Positions 30,128 through 38,731 of a stretch of 64,000 bases of DNA are shown here, piece by piece. A program made the position numbers and the translations under genes. Source of the stretch: Myxococcota bacterium (GTDB lineage: Bacteria; Myxococcota_A; UBA796; UBA2385). Location: contig JBIJDH010000021.1 in assembly GCA_044344255.1 (NCBI GenBank), forward strand, positions 84,045-148,044, given 5' to 3'. Each line of letters starts with the position of its first letter. Position 1 is the stretch's first letter. A model generated the notes under the pieces. It did not search any database. It was given only the letters and a program-made list of their open reading frames with translations, and had not been told where the DNA came from.

Positions 30128-30891
30128 CGCCTCCCCCGCGTGGAGGGCTCGGCGGCGACGATGTAGTCTTCGCCGAAGTTCACGCCGCGCTGCACCTCGG
30201 AGAGGGCGAGGGTGCGGGCCCGGGTCTCCTCGATGTGGCGGCCCATCTCGGCGGCGAGGGCGGGATCGGCGAAGTAGGGCAGCTTGCTCTGGGCCACGTT
30301 GAGCTGCCCGTTGAAGAAGCGCTCCCGATAGACGATGGGCATCGGGATCGCGTCCAGCACGGCGAAGTCGGCCGCCTCGAGGTGCCGGATCACCCAGTCC
30401 ATCGGATATTCGCGGTAGCAGCGGTGGCCGGCGAGGAGGATGCAGGCGTCGCGCAGGCGGGCGATCTCCAGCACCGCGCGGCCGCCCGGCGTATCGGCGA
30501 CGTCGGGGTAGGGGGCGAGGCCGACCACATACAGGCGCCGCCCGACCAGCGGGCGCAGGCGGGAGAAGAGGCGGTCCTGGTAGTAGGGGGCGAAGCCGTC
30601 GAGCGCGCCGAGCAGATAGTCCGCGAGCACGGTGTCGTAGACCTCGCCCTCGAGGAGGGTGGGGTCAGTCCAGTTGCCGGAGAGGATGCGGTCCTGCGGG
30701 CGGGTGCGGCCGAGGAAGCGGCTGCGCATCGAAGCCCCACGGTCTCCATCGCCGGTGATCGCCGTCCAGCGCTCGGTGGGGAGGCCGCAGAGCCAGGACA
30801 GGGAGTGGTCGCCGGTGCCGGCGTCCAAGGTGGCGCCCCAGGGGGCGGCGCCCTGGAGGCGCTCGATCGTGGTGAAGAGGGCGTCGGCCAT
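30124..30891 (-). CDS. Class I SAM-dependent methyltransferase-like protein
   Basis: LDAGTG motif I and YDTVLADYLLGA; GGAG RBS; overlaps the kinase start (GTGA). Confidence 0.75.
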   Translation of the reverse strand: MADALFTTIERLQGAAPWGATLDAGTGDHSLSWLCGLPTERWTAITGDGDRGASMRSRFLGRTRPQDRILSGNWTDPTLLEGEVYDTVLADYLLGALDGFAPYYQDRLFSRLRPLVGRRLYVVGLAPYPDVADTPGGRAVLEIARLRDACILLAGHRCYREYPMDWVIRHLEAADFAVLDAIPMPIVYRERFFNGQLNVAQSKLPYFADPALAAEMGRHIEETRARTLALSEVQRGVNFGEDYIVAAEPSTRGRR

Positions 30892-30981
30892 GGGTCTCCT
30901 CGGAGGTGGCCGGCCCCGGGGGCGCGCGGCGGCTCCGTCGGGCGCGGCCATATCCCCCGCCAGCCCCACGCGGGGGCGGAG

Positions 30982-33330
30982 TCAGGGCGCGCAGACGTAG
31001 TCGGTGCAGGACTGGCCGGGGGGGCAGTCGGCGTCCTCCCCGCAGGCGTTCGCCCCGCAGACCGCCCCCGGCCCGCCGAGGGCGGTGATGCAGGCGAAGG
31101 TCTCGGCCACGCTGTCCCCCTCGATCGCGCAGTCGGTGGCGGCGAGGGCCTGCACGCAGTCGAGGTCACCCTCGGCGCAGCTCCGCCAGTGGTTGTCTCC
31201 GCAGGTGGGGTCGGTCGCGGGGTCACAGACGCGCAGGAGCTGCATCATGCCTTCATCTTCGTGGCTGAGCTTGTGGCAGTGCAGGACGAAGGCCCCGGTG
31301 AAGGTGTTGTACTTCGTGATCATGTCCACCCGTCGGTTCAGGTTCACGAGGTACGTGTCGCGCCAGTGGGCCACCGGGATGGGGTCGAAGGGGTTCTCCT
31401 CCGGACAGACCAGATAGGGGTTGGTGTGGATGTGGAAGGGGTGGCCGTCCGCCGAGGCGGAGACCCGCCAGTGCTCCACCTCGCCGAGGGGCAGGTCGCG
31501 GTCGTAGGGATAGAGCGACCGATCGATCTCGCCGAAGTTCTTGCAGTTGATGTTGTGGTCGCCGCAGTCGCAGGGATCGGGATCATCGACGGTGAAGATC
31601 CCCACCTGGAGGATGTTGACCTGATCGAAGTCTTCCGCCTTCTCGACGAGGGCGGCCTCGGCGCAGCGGTCCTCCGCCGAGACGCCGTCGATGGTCGTGC
31701 TCGGTGCGGTGGCGGCGATGGCGGAGAGGTCGGGGAGAGTGGTGCTCGTCGCGGCGCCGGCGCCGGAGGTCACGTTGACGATGGCGGCGACGTCGCCGTC
31801 GGTCAGGAGGTCAAAGATGTCCTCTTCGGTGGGCGGCCCGCTCGGGTCCGTCGGATCGACGCCGGTCTCCTGCAGGAATCGACCGGCGATGAGGCACCAG
31901 GTGTCACCCTCCTGCATCACCCCCTCGCCGCCGAAGAGCCCCTCCACTCGATAACCGGAGGCCATGAACCAGTAGGGCGCCGTGAAGGCCTCGGGGAGGG
32001 TGATGCCGTCTCTCGCGATCTGGGTGAGCTCGATGCGGTCGCTCGCCGCGGCGCTCCAGGTGTTGCAGTCGTTGTCATTCCCCCGAAAGAGGGCCAGATA
32101 GACCTCATCGAGGAAGCCCGCGTTCAAGACCCGCCAGCGCTCCACCTGCCCCGGGGGTGTCACGATGCGGGGTCGGTGGACGCCGTTGATGAGGTTGAGC
32201 TGCTTGGCGGCGGGGTCGCCGAGCACGCCGAAGTTGTTGAAGGTGAGGCTCTCCTCCGTGCAGTCCTCCCCCTCGGCGAGCTCGACGAAGCCGTTGTCTC
32301 CGACCGGCGGCGTGCTGAAGACGAGCACCCGCTCCCGGGCCTCGGCCATCCCGGGCACCGCGTCCACGGGGCCGCGGATGATCCACGCGCCGGCCGCGCC
32401 CGAGGAGACCTGAATGGCGGTCGTGCCGTGGATGTGGGGGTGGTACCAGTTCAGGCCGTCGTGGTGGGTGCCGTCTTCGTCGATGTCCCAGCGGTAGTGT
32501 GCCCCCTCCCCGGGCTCCACCTGGGTGAGCACGTCGTCGCTGAAGAAGCAGGTGTCGTCTGAGCTGTCGCCGTCGCAGACGTCGGCGTCGCAGTCGCGAC
32601 AGGTGAGGCCGTCGGCGTCGACGCAGCCGCCGCCCGCCGCCGCGTCCGGGCGGATGTGGGAGCCGTGGGCGTGGAGGTTCGTGAGGTTGAAGTTGTACAT
32701 CTCATGGCACTCTTCCCCCTCGCTGTTCGTGCAGGTGCAGTCCCCGTGCCCCGCCATCTCGTCGCAGCCGCCGTGCCCGGCGGGCTCGCAGGCCATCCCG
32801 TCCGCGTCGAGGCAGGCGCAGGTGTCGTCCCCCTCGAGGGAGCGGTAGTCGGGCTGGGTGAAGGCGTTGGTGAGGTCAATTCGGATCTGGCGCGGGCTGT
32901 CCCCCTCCCGGGCCTCGGTGACCAGGGTGGGGGCGACGTAGGAGCCGTTGTAGGCGCGGCCGCAGTGGCGCTTCCCGTCGAACTCGAGCTCGGTGGGGGC
33001 GAGGGTGAGGGAGTGGACGCCGTCTACGGCCTCGAGCTCCGGGATGTCGACCCAGGTCGGCTCGACGCAGCTCCCGTCGGCGAGCTCCACGCAGTCCGGA
33101 TCTCCGGTGTCGCCGCCGCCGTCCGCCCCGTCGGTGCCGTCTGTCCCGTCGGTGCCGTCTGTCCCGTCGGCGCCGTCTGTCCCGTCGGCGCCGTCTGTCC
33201 CGTCGGCGCCGTCTGTCCCGTCGGTCCCGTCGGGCCCGCCCTTGTCTCCTCCGCAGCCCACGGTGGCAGAGGCGGCGCCGGCGAGCAGCAGGGCCAGGAG
33301 GGCGGAGGGGAGGCGGCGGCGGTTGGACAT
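30982..33330 (-). CDS. Multicopper oxidase lipoprotein with Cys-rich insertions
   Basis: All four Cu-binding motifs: [21 protein letters not shown] and [13 protein letters not shown]. Lipobox VGC and a (DGTDGA)n linker. Confidence 0.9.
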   Translation of the reverse strand: MSNRRRLPSALLALLLAGAASATVGCGGDKGGPDGTDGTDGADGTDGADGTDGADGTDGTDGTDGTDGADGGGDTGDPDCVELADGSCVEPTWVDIPELEAVDGVHSLTLAPTELEFDGKRHCGRAYNGSYVAPTLVTEAREGDSPRQIRIDLTNAFTQPDYRSLEGDDTCACLDADGMACEPAGHGGCDEMAGHGDCTCTNSEGEECHEMYNFNLTNLHAHGSHIRPDAAAGGGCVDADGLTCRDCDADVCDGDSSDDTCFFSDDVLTQVEPGEGAHYRWDIDEDGTHHDGLNWYHPHIHGTTAIQVSSGAAGAWIIRGPVDAVPGMAEARERVLVFSTPPVGDNGFVELAEGEDCTEESLTFNNFGVLGDPAAKQLNLINGVHRPRIVTPPGQVERWRVLNAGFLDEVYLALFRGNDNDCNTWSAAASDRIELTQIARDGITLPEAFTAPYWFMASGYRVEGLFGGEGVMQEGDTWCLIAGRFLQETGVDPTDPSGPPTEEDIFDLLTDGDVAAIVNVTSGAGAATSTTLPDLSAIAATAPSTTIDGVSAEDRCAEAALVEKAEDFDQVNILQVGIFTVDDPDPCDCGDHNINCKNFGEIDRSLYPYDRDLPLGEVEHWRVSASADGHPFHIHTNPYLVCPEENPFDPIPVAHWRDTYLVNLNRRVDMITKYNTFTGAFVLHCHKLSHEDEGMMQLLRVCDPATDPTCGDNHWRSCAEGDLDCVQALAATDCAIEGDSVAETFACITALGGPGAVCGANACGEDADCPPGQSCTDYVCAP

Positions 33331-33422
33331 GGGGATCCCTCGCGAGGCCGAGGGTGGAGCGGTCGGCGGTTCGCCCTCTCCTTCTACCGGTGGGCCTCCC
33401 GCACAGGGATGGCCGCAGTCGG

Positions 33423-33806
33423 TCAGGGGGTGGTCGACATTTGGACAGGGCCGGCCGGGACAGGGCCGGCCGGGACAGGGCCGGCCGGGACAGGGCCGGC
33501 CGGGACAGGGCTCGGGGCCTCGATCACGCAGCCGGTCGCGGCGTCGACCCAGCGCGCGCTCTGTCTACCCATGCCGAGGGCCCGGGCGCTCACGCGCCGC
33601 TCGGCGAGGTCAATCCGATAGCGCGCGACGGCGGGTTCGACCTTCGTATAGGCCGCGCAGGCCGCCTCGCTGCGCCCGCTGACGAACAGGCAGGAGCACA
33701 TCTCCTTGGCGGCGAAGCCGGAGGCCAGCTCAAAGAGGCTGTTGTCATAGGCCCGCGGGGCGGGCTTGGGCGCGCAGGCGAGGGCGCCGAGGAGGAGCAG
33801 GATCAA
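33423..33806 (-). CDS. Small Cys-containing lipoprotein coupled to the serine hydrolase
   Basis: Lipobox ALAC; GFAAKEMCSCLFVSGR; (PVPAG)4 tail from a 15-bp repeat (33443-33511); overlaps the upstream stop. Confidence 0.7.
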   Translation of the reverse strand: MILLLLGALACAPKPAPRAYDNSLFELASGFAAKEMCSCLFVSGRSEAACAAYTKVEPAVARYRIDLAERRVSARALGMGRQSARWVDAATGCVIEAPSPVPAGPVPAGPVPAGPVPAGPVQMSTTP

Positions 33807-35011
33807 GGGGTGGCTCCGGTGCCCGGCTGTCGCCCCCGGGCCTCCAGGACGAGGCGGAGGAGCTCATCGAGTGAGAAGCTGCCGTCCCGATCGTCGCCGG
33901 TGCGCACCACCACGAGGTCGTGGCTGGGGATCACGGTGATCGACTGGGCCCAGTGGCCGAGGGCGGCGAAGGCCCCCTCGGGGGCGTGGGGCCAGGGGAG
34001 GGAGGTCTGTCCGATCTCCGGCACGGCGCGGTTCAGCCAGAGCTGTCGCCCCTGCACGTCTCCCTCGTCGCGGTGGAGGGGCTTCTGTCGGATCGGGCCG
34101 TTGACGGCGGTAGACGCGGTGACCCAGCCCTCTGGCAGGAGGCGGTCGCCGCCCCAGCAGCCGTCTCGGAGGAGGAGCAGGCCGAAGCGGGCGAGGTCCT
34201 GGGGTGTGGCGTAGAGATAGGAAGAGCCCACGTAGGTGCCGCGCCCGTCCCGCTCCCAGGTGGCGGAGCGGAGGCCGATAGGGTCAAAGAGGAGGGCCCA
34301 GGGGTACCGCTCGCCGTGGGCCGGTGAGAGGGCCGCCCCCGCCACCGCGGAGAGGACGTTCGTGTCTCCCGAGGAGTAGGCCCAGCTCGTCCCCGGCGGG
34401 TCACGGAGGGGGTGCTCGGCGACGAAGGCCGCCATGTCACCCTTGCCCTCGCCGTAGAGCATGGCCAGCACGGAGGACTCGGTGAGCGCGGTGCCCTCGT
34501 AGCCCTCGACCCAGTCGAAGCCGCTCGAGAACTCGAGCAGGTGCTGCACCGTGACCGCGCAGCTCGACGCCGGGAAGTCGGGGCGAAATTTGCAGATGGA
34601 GTCTGTGAGCGCGACCTTGCCCTCCCCCACCGCCACGCCGATGAGGGCGCCCATCACGCTCTTGCTCACCGACCAAGCGAGGTGCCGGGTCTCGGCGGTG
34701 TAGTCGGCGCCGTATCGTTCGTAGACGATCCGCCCCTCGGAGAGGACCACCACGCCGTCGGTGCGGACCCCCGCCCGGGCCTTGTCGGCGCGGTCCTGCC
34801 CCGGGGGGAACAGGTAGGCGTCGAGGGGGGCGGTGGCCGTCCAGGGGGCACGATCCCAGGCCTCCCCCGGGGTCGCTCCGGCGGGACAGGAGGGGTCTGC
34901 GGCCGCGGCCTCGGCGATCGGCAGCCCCACGAGCACGAGGCCCGCGAACCGGAGGCCCTCGAGCAGGAGGAGCGGGGCGAGGGGGCGGCGTCGGCGCGGG
35001 GAGGTGATCAC
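33803..35011 (-). CDS. Serine hydrolase, beta-lactamase class C / AmpC-NylB-like
   Basis: WSVSKS (SxxK), HLLEFSSG, WAYSSGDTN, DLARFG and AALGHWAQ. Confidence 0.9.
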   Translation of the reverse strand: MITSPRRRRPLAPLLLLEGLRFAGLVLVGLPIAEAAAADPSCPAGATPGEAWDRAPWTATAPLDAYLFPPGQDRADKARAGVRTDGVVVLSEGRIVYERYGADYTAETRHLAWSVSKSVMGALIGVAVGEGKVALTDSICKFRPDFPASSCAVTVQHLLEFSSGFDWVEGYEGTALTESSVLAMLYGEGKGDMAAFVAEHPLRDPPGTSWAYSSGDTNVLSAVAGAALSPAHGERYPWALLFDPIGLRSATWERDGRGTYVGSSYLYATPQDLARFGLLLLRDGCWGGDRLLPEGWVTASTAVNGPIRQKPLHRDEGDVQGRQLWLNRAVPEIGQTSLPWPHAPEGAFAALGHWAQSITVIPSHDLVVVRTGDDRDGSFSLDELLRLVLEARGRQPGTGATP

Positions 35012-35017
35012 GGGCCC

Positions 35018-35061
35018 TGTCTACCACATCGTTGTCTACCACATCGTTGTCTACCACATCG
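35018..35061. repeat. 15-bp tandem repeat TGTCTACCACATCGT x3 in a divergent intergenic region
   Basis: Directly visible. Confidence 0.9.
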
Positions 35062-35139
35062 GCCGCCGCCCTTCTCGCCCCCGGGGCCCTTGCTCGGGGC
35101 CGCGCCGCCGGTGCAAGCTGCGAAGAACCCGGGGCCCTC

Positions 35140-35976
35140 ATGCTGCGCTCGATGTCTCTCCCCCTCTGGCTGACCGTGTGCTCCCTCTCCGCTCCGGCGG
35201 GCGCGGCCGAGCTCGAGCCGACGATGGGGGCCTCCCTCTCCGCCAGCTATTGGGACCTCGGCACCAAGGTGGCGGCCAAGCCCGGCCTCAAGCTCCCCCT
35301 CTGGAACCAGCCCGACAGCGTGCTCTTCGCGGACACCTCCCTCCACGGAGAGCTCAGCCTCGAGCTCACGCCAGCCTATGCCCGGGTGGTGCCCACCCTC
35401 ACCTTCTCGCCCATCGCGGTGCTCGAGCTCAGCGCGCATTACGCGGCCTCGGGCTGGTTCGGGACCTTCTCTACGATCAAGCCCTTTGACAGCCCCGCCG
35501 CCGCCGCCACCGAGGAGGCCCTCGCCGAGCTCGACGGGCAGACCGGCTTTGGCCAGCGTGTGGGCGGCGAGGTGACGCTGCAAGCGAAGGCGGGGCCGGT
35601 GATCGTGGCCCTCTGGGGCAGCGGCGAGCGCTGGTGGACCGAGCCCAGCGGGGGGCGGAGCGGCTGCTGCTTCTATGAGTCGGAGCGGGAGCTGCTCTTC
35701 GCTTGGGAGGAGACCTACCTCTCCGGCAACGGGGTCCTGCTCTATGAGCGCACCCTGGACGCGGACGCGGGCCGGGCCTTTCGGGTGGGCAGCATCACGA
35801 ACTACAGCCGGGCCCAGACTACGGAGGACGTGCTGCTCCGCTCCGGCCTGATCGGCACCTACTCGACGAGCGCCCACTGGACCTTCGTCCTGCTGGCCCA
35901 GCCCTACCTCCGCTCCCGCACCCATGACGCCGCCTTCCCGCCCTTTATGGCCGCCCAGGCGCGCTGGAAGATGTGA
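35140..35976 (+). CDS. Hypothetical exported protein, possibly an outer-membrane beta-barrel
   Basis: Signal peptide, amphipathic beta-strand pattern, C-terminal AQARWKM. Confidence 0.6.
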   Translation: MLRSMSLPLWLTVCSLSAPAGAAELEPTMGASLSASYWDLGTKVAAKPGLKLPLWNQPDSVLFADTSLHGELSLELTPAYARVVPTLTFSPIAVLELSAHYAASGWFGTFSTIKPFDSPAAAATEEALAELDGQTGFGQRVGGEVTLQAKAGPVIVALWGSGERWWTEPSGGRSGCCFYESERELLFAWEETYLSGNGVLLYERTLDADAGRAFRVGSITNYSRAQTTEDVLLRSGLIGTYSTSAHWTFVLLAQPYLRSRTHDAAFPPFMAAQARWKM

Positions 35977-36090
35977 TGTGAGGGGGAGGGAGCACGGGCG
36001 GCTGGACGCAGCCCTTGGAGCAAGCCTAGGGCGGCTCTCAGCCGGCTCCAATCTCGCGCGGGCATGTTGAGACCGTACCCAGGAGGTCTC

Positions 36091-36519
36091 ATGAGTCGTC
36101 TCCCCGCGATCGCCGCCGCCCTTGGCGGCCTCCTCTTGTCCGTGGTCTTGGTGGGGACGGTCGCGCTGACCGTCGGCTTGGGCCCGGACCGGAGCGTCGA
36201 CGGTGCCCCCACCGCGGAGGACCCGGGCGGCCCTGCGCCCTCCGCCCAGCCCTCCGCCCAGCCCTCCGCCCAGCCCTCCGCCGACGCTCCCGCGGCCTTC
36301 GTCGACGAGGGCGCGGAGGCGGTCGCGGAGAGCGAGCCCGCTCGTCGGCGGTACGACGAAGGTGAGGGAGCGGACGAAGAGGACGAAGGCGAAGACGAAG
36401 AGGGAGAGGACGAGGACGAGGGCGAGGGCGACGATGACGCCCACGAGCGGCACGAGCGGCACGAGCGGCACGAGCGGCACGAGCGGCACGAGCGCGGCGG
36501 CGAGGCCGATGATGACTGA
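36091..36519 (+). CDS. Membrane-anchored acidic / His-Glu-Arg repeat protein
   Basis: AGGAGG RBS, N-terminal TM, D/E tract and (HER)6; overlaps the next gene. Confidence 0.65.
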   Translation: MSRLPAIAAALGGLLLSVVLVGTVALTVGLGPDRSVDGAPTAEDPGGPAPSAQPSAQPSAQPSADAPAAFVDEGAEAVAESEPARRRYDEGEGADEEDEGEDEEGEDEDEGEGDDDAHERHERHERHERHERHERGGEADDD

Positions 36520-36967
36520 AGAGAAGGTGCCAGAGCATGTGCCAGAGAGGGCGACCCACAAGGCGCCTGCAAAGGCCAGCGGGGGGCTCTCGGAGCGAGA
36601 GCGGAGGGCCTTTCTGGTAGACCTGTCCGTCCTCTGCGGGTCCGTCGTCCTCCTCGGGCTGAGCGGCCTGGCGGTCGTCTCGGGCAGCCCGCGCTCGACG
36701 GCCGGTGGCTCGGGTTGGGCGGAGGGCCCTGCCGAGGGCGCGCTCGCCGAGGCGGAGCCCGCGGCGGTCGGGGCGGGCTTCGCCGCCCGGGCTCGCTCGC
36801 TGCGCGTGGGCCTCGACGGGGAGGACGACGATGATGACGATGACGACGACCACGAGAGCGGCCGCCTCGTCGCCCGGGCCGACCGCTCGCCCGCCGCAGG
36901 GCTCCAGCGCTCTCCCTCGCGGGGTCGGGGCGGCCGGGCCGTCCATCGACGCTCCCGGGCCTCGTGA
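36509..36967 (+). CDS. Membrane-anchored hypothetical protein ending ...HRRSRAS
   Basis: RRAFL followed by a TM helix, an Asp tract and a basic C-terminus; overlaps apbE (GTGA). Confidence 0.6.
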   Translation: MMTEEKVPEHVPERATHKAPAKASGGLSERERRAFLVDLSVLCGSVVLLGLSGLAVVSGSPRSTAGGSGWAEGPAEGALAEAEPAAVGAGFAARARSLRVGLDGEDDDDDDDDDHESGRLVARADRSPAAGLQRSPSRGRGGRAVHRRSRAS

Positions 36968-37800
36968 TGCCCACGATCTTCCGCGCCATGGACACCGAGT
37001 GGGCCGTCTTCTCCGATCGGCCGGACCTCCACGGTGAGGTGGAGCGGCAGGTGCGGGAGCTCGAGGGCCTGGCCTCCCGGTTCCAGCCCGAGAGCGCCTT
37101 GTCGCGGCTCAACCAGCGGCGGGCGCTGCGGTCTCCGGAGCTCGCCCCGCTCGTCCTCCTCGCCCTCCAGTGGAGGACGGCGACCGGCGGGCTCTTTGAC
37201 CCCACCCTCGGCGCCCATCTGCGGGCGGCCGGGTACCGCAGCAGCTTTGAGGCCCTCCCCGCGGAGGCCGAGCGGGGGCCGATCCCCGCGGGGCGCCTCG
37301 GCGTCCGGGTCGAAGGGGATGAGCTCCGCCTCGAGGGGGAGGGGGAGCTCGACCTCGGCGGGATCGCCAAGGGGTGGGCGGTGGAGCGGGCGCACGCCTG
37401 GCTCCGCGCGGCGGGGGCCTCCTTCGCCCTCGTCGATGGCGGCGGAGACCTGCGCGGCAGCGGGCGGCCGTGGGCCATCGGCTGGGGGCACGACGAGTCC
37501 CTCTCCCTCCCGGACGGCGCGGTCGCCACGTCCAGCACGGAGCGGCGCCGGTGGGGCGTCCGAGGGGGCGGCGGCGCCCACCACATCCTCGATCCGCGCA
37601 GCGGGGAGCCCGCGCGGTCGGCGCTCCGCACCGTCACCGTCCGGGCCCCCGACACGGTCACCGCCGAGGTCCTCGCCAAGGCGGTGCTGATCGACCCCGA
37701 CACCTTCATCCCCCGCCTCGTTGACTTCTCCGCGGCCGCGACCGTCTCGGACGCGGGCGGCCGCTGGTGGCACACACCCAACTGGCCGGAGCCTGCATGA
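36964..37800 (+). CDS. apbE: FAD:protein FMN transferase
   Basis: FRAMDT, SRFQPESALSRLN, TGGLFDPT, LDLGGIAKGWAVE, DGGGD, VATSS and HHILDPRSG. No signal peptide. Confidence 0.92.
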   Translation: MMPTIFRAMDTEWAVFSDRPDLHGEVERQVRELEGLASRFQPESALSRLNQRRALRSPELAPLVLLALQWRTATGGLFDPTLGAHLRAAGYRSSFEALPAEAERGPIPAGRLGVRVEGDELRLEGEGELDLGGIAKGWAVERAHAWLRAAGASFALVDGGGDLRGSGRPWAIGWGHDESLSLPDGAVATSSTERRRWGVRGGGGAHHILDPRSGEPARSALRTVTVRAPDTVTAEVLAKAVLIDPDTFIPRLVDFSAAATVSDAGGRWWHTPNWPEPA

Positions 37801-38468
37801 GCGCCTCCTTTCCTTCGTGGTTCCGCGCCCTCCTCTGGATGGCCGCGGGCGGCCTCCTGCTGGTGACCCTCCGCTCGGCGGCCTCCGCCGTCTCTGGCGC
37901 CGGGCTGCCCCTCTTGTGGTGGAGCGCCCGCACGCTCGGCATCGTGGCCACCGTGGCCCTGTCTCTGTCCATCGTCTTCGGGCTCCAGCTCGGCGGTAAG
38001 TCGGCGGCCCTGCTCCCCCCTGCCGTGACCCTGGCGCTGCACCAGCGGTGGACCCTCGTGTCCCTGCTCGCCACCGCCGGCCATGTGCTGGCGGTGGTCG
38101 TCGATGACAACGCGCGGGTCGGGCCCCTCTCCGTGCTCATCCCCTTCGCGTCTGCTCAGCTCCGGGGCCCGGTGGCGCTCGGCACCCTGGCGCTCTGGGG
38201 CCTCGCCTTGATCGCCCTGTCCACCGCCCTCTCGGCCCACATCCCCCGGCCCGTCTGGCGCGCGCTGCACGGCCTCGCCTTCGGCGCCTTCGCCCTCTCG
38301 GTGATGCACGCCGCGACCGCTGGCACGGACGTCTGGTCGCCCGTCGTGCTCCTCTTGGTCGGCGGCGGGCTCGTCCTGGTGCTCGGCGGGGTCTTCCAGC
38401 GGGTCCTGCTGGGCCTCCTGCTTCCGGCGGGCGAGCCCAAGGGCAGCGGCGAGCGGGGCGGGGCCTAA
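37797..38468 (+). CDS. Ferric-reductase-like (MsrQ-like) heme b transmembrane protein
   Basis: About 6 TM helices with conserved His (LHQR, GHVL, WRALHGLAF, MHA); overlaps the apbE stop (ATGA). Confidence 0.8.
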   Translation: MSASFPSWFRALLWMAAGGLLLVTLRSAASAVSGAGLPLLWWSARTLGIVATVALSLSIVFGLQLGGKSAALLPPAVTLALHQRWTLVSLLATAGHVLAVVVDDNARVGPLSVLIPFASAQLRGPVALGTLALWGLALIALSTALSAHIPRPVWRALHGLAFGAFALSVMHAATAGTDVWSPVVLLLVGGGLVLVLGGVFQRVLLGLLLPAGEPKGSGERGGA

Positions 38469-38469
38469 A

Positions 38470-38497
38470 TGCAAACCGTTTGCAAATCTTTTGCAAA
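38470..38497. promoter_or_regulatory. Operator-like palindrome and repeats in an AT-rich intergenic region
   Basis: TGCAAAC-C-GTTTGCA palindrome (38470-38484); TGCAAA occurs at 38470, 38481 and 38492 (11-bp period). Confidence 0.5.
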
Positions 38498-38731
38498 CCG
38501 TGCCCGAACTGTATAGTCGTGTGCAACGTTTTGTAATCGCTGGAGTTGAACAGGTGATCTGCGTGGGTCTTCGGACTTCAAGACGGGTCGATCACAGGCC
38601 AATCTGGGTCTATTTGATGGGGCGGCTATAAAAGTTTACATTATAAGGAGATCCTATTCTCCATCAGTTTGACCGTACTCTGCGGCTCCGGTGCCTTGCG
38701 CGGTTCAGAGAAACAAGAGTAGCCTCGGGGC

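Noticed and set aside
35008..38474. 921-aa and 856-aa minus-strand ORFs
   Set aside because: Shadows of the plus-strand apbE cluster; low complexity and no family motifs.
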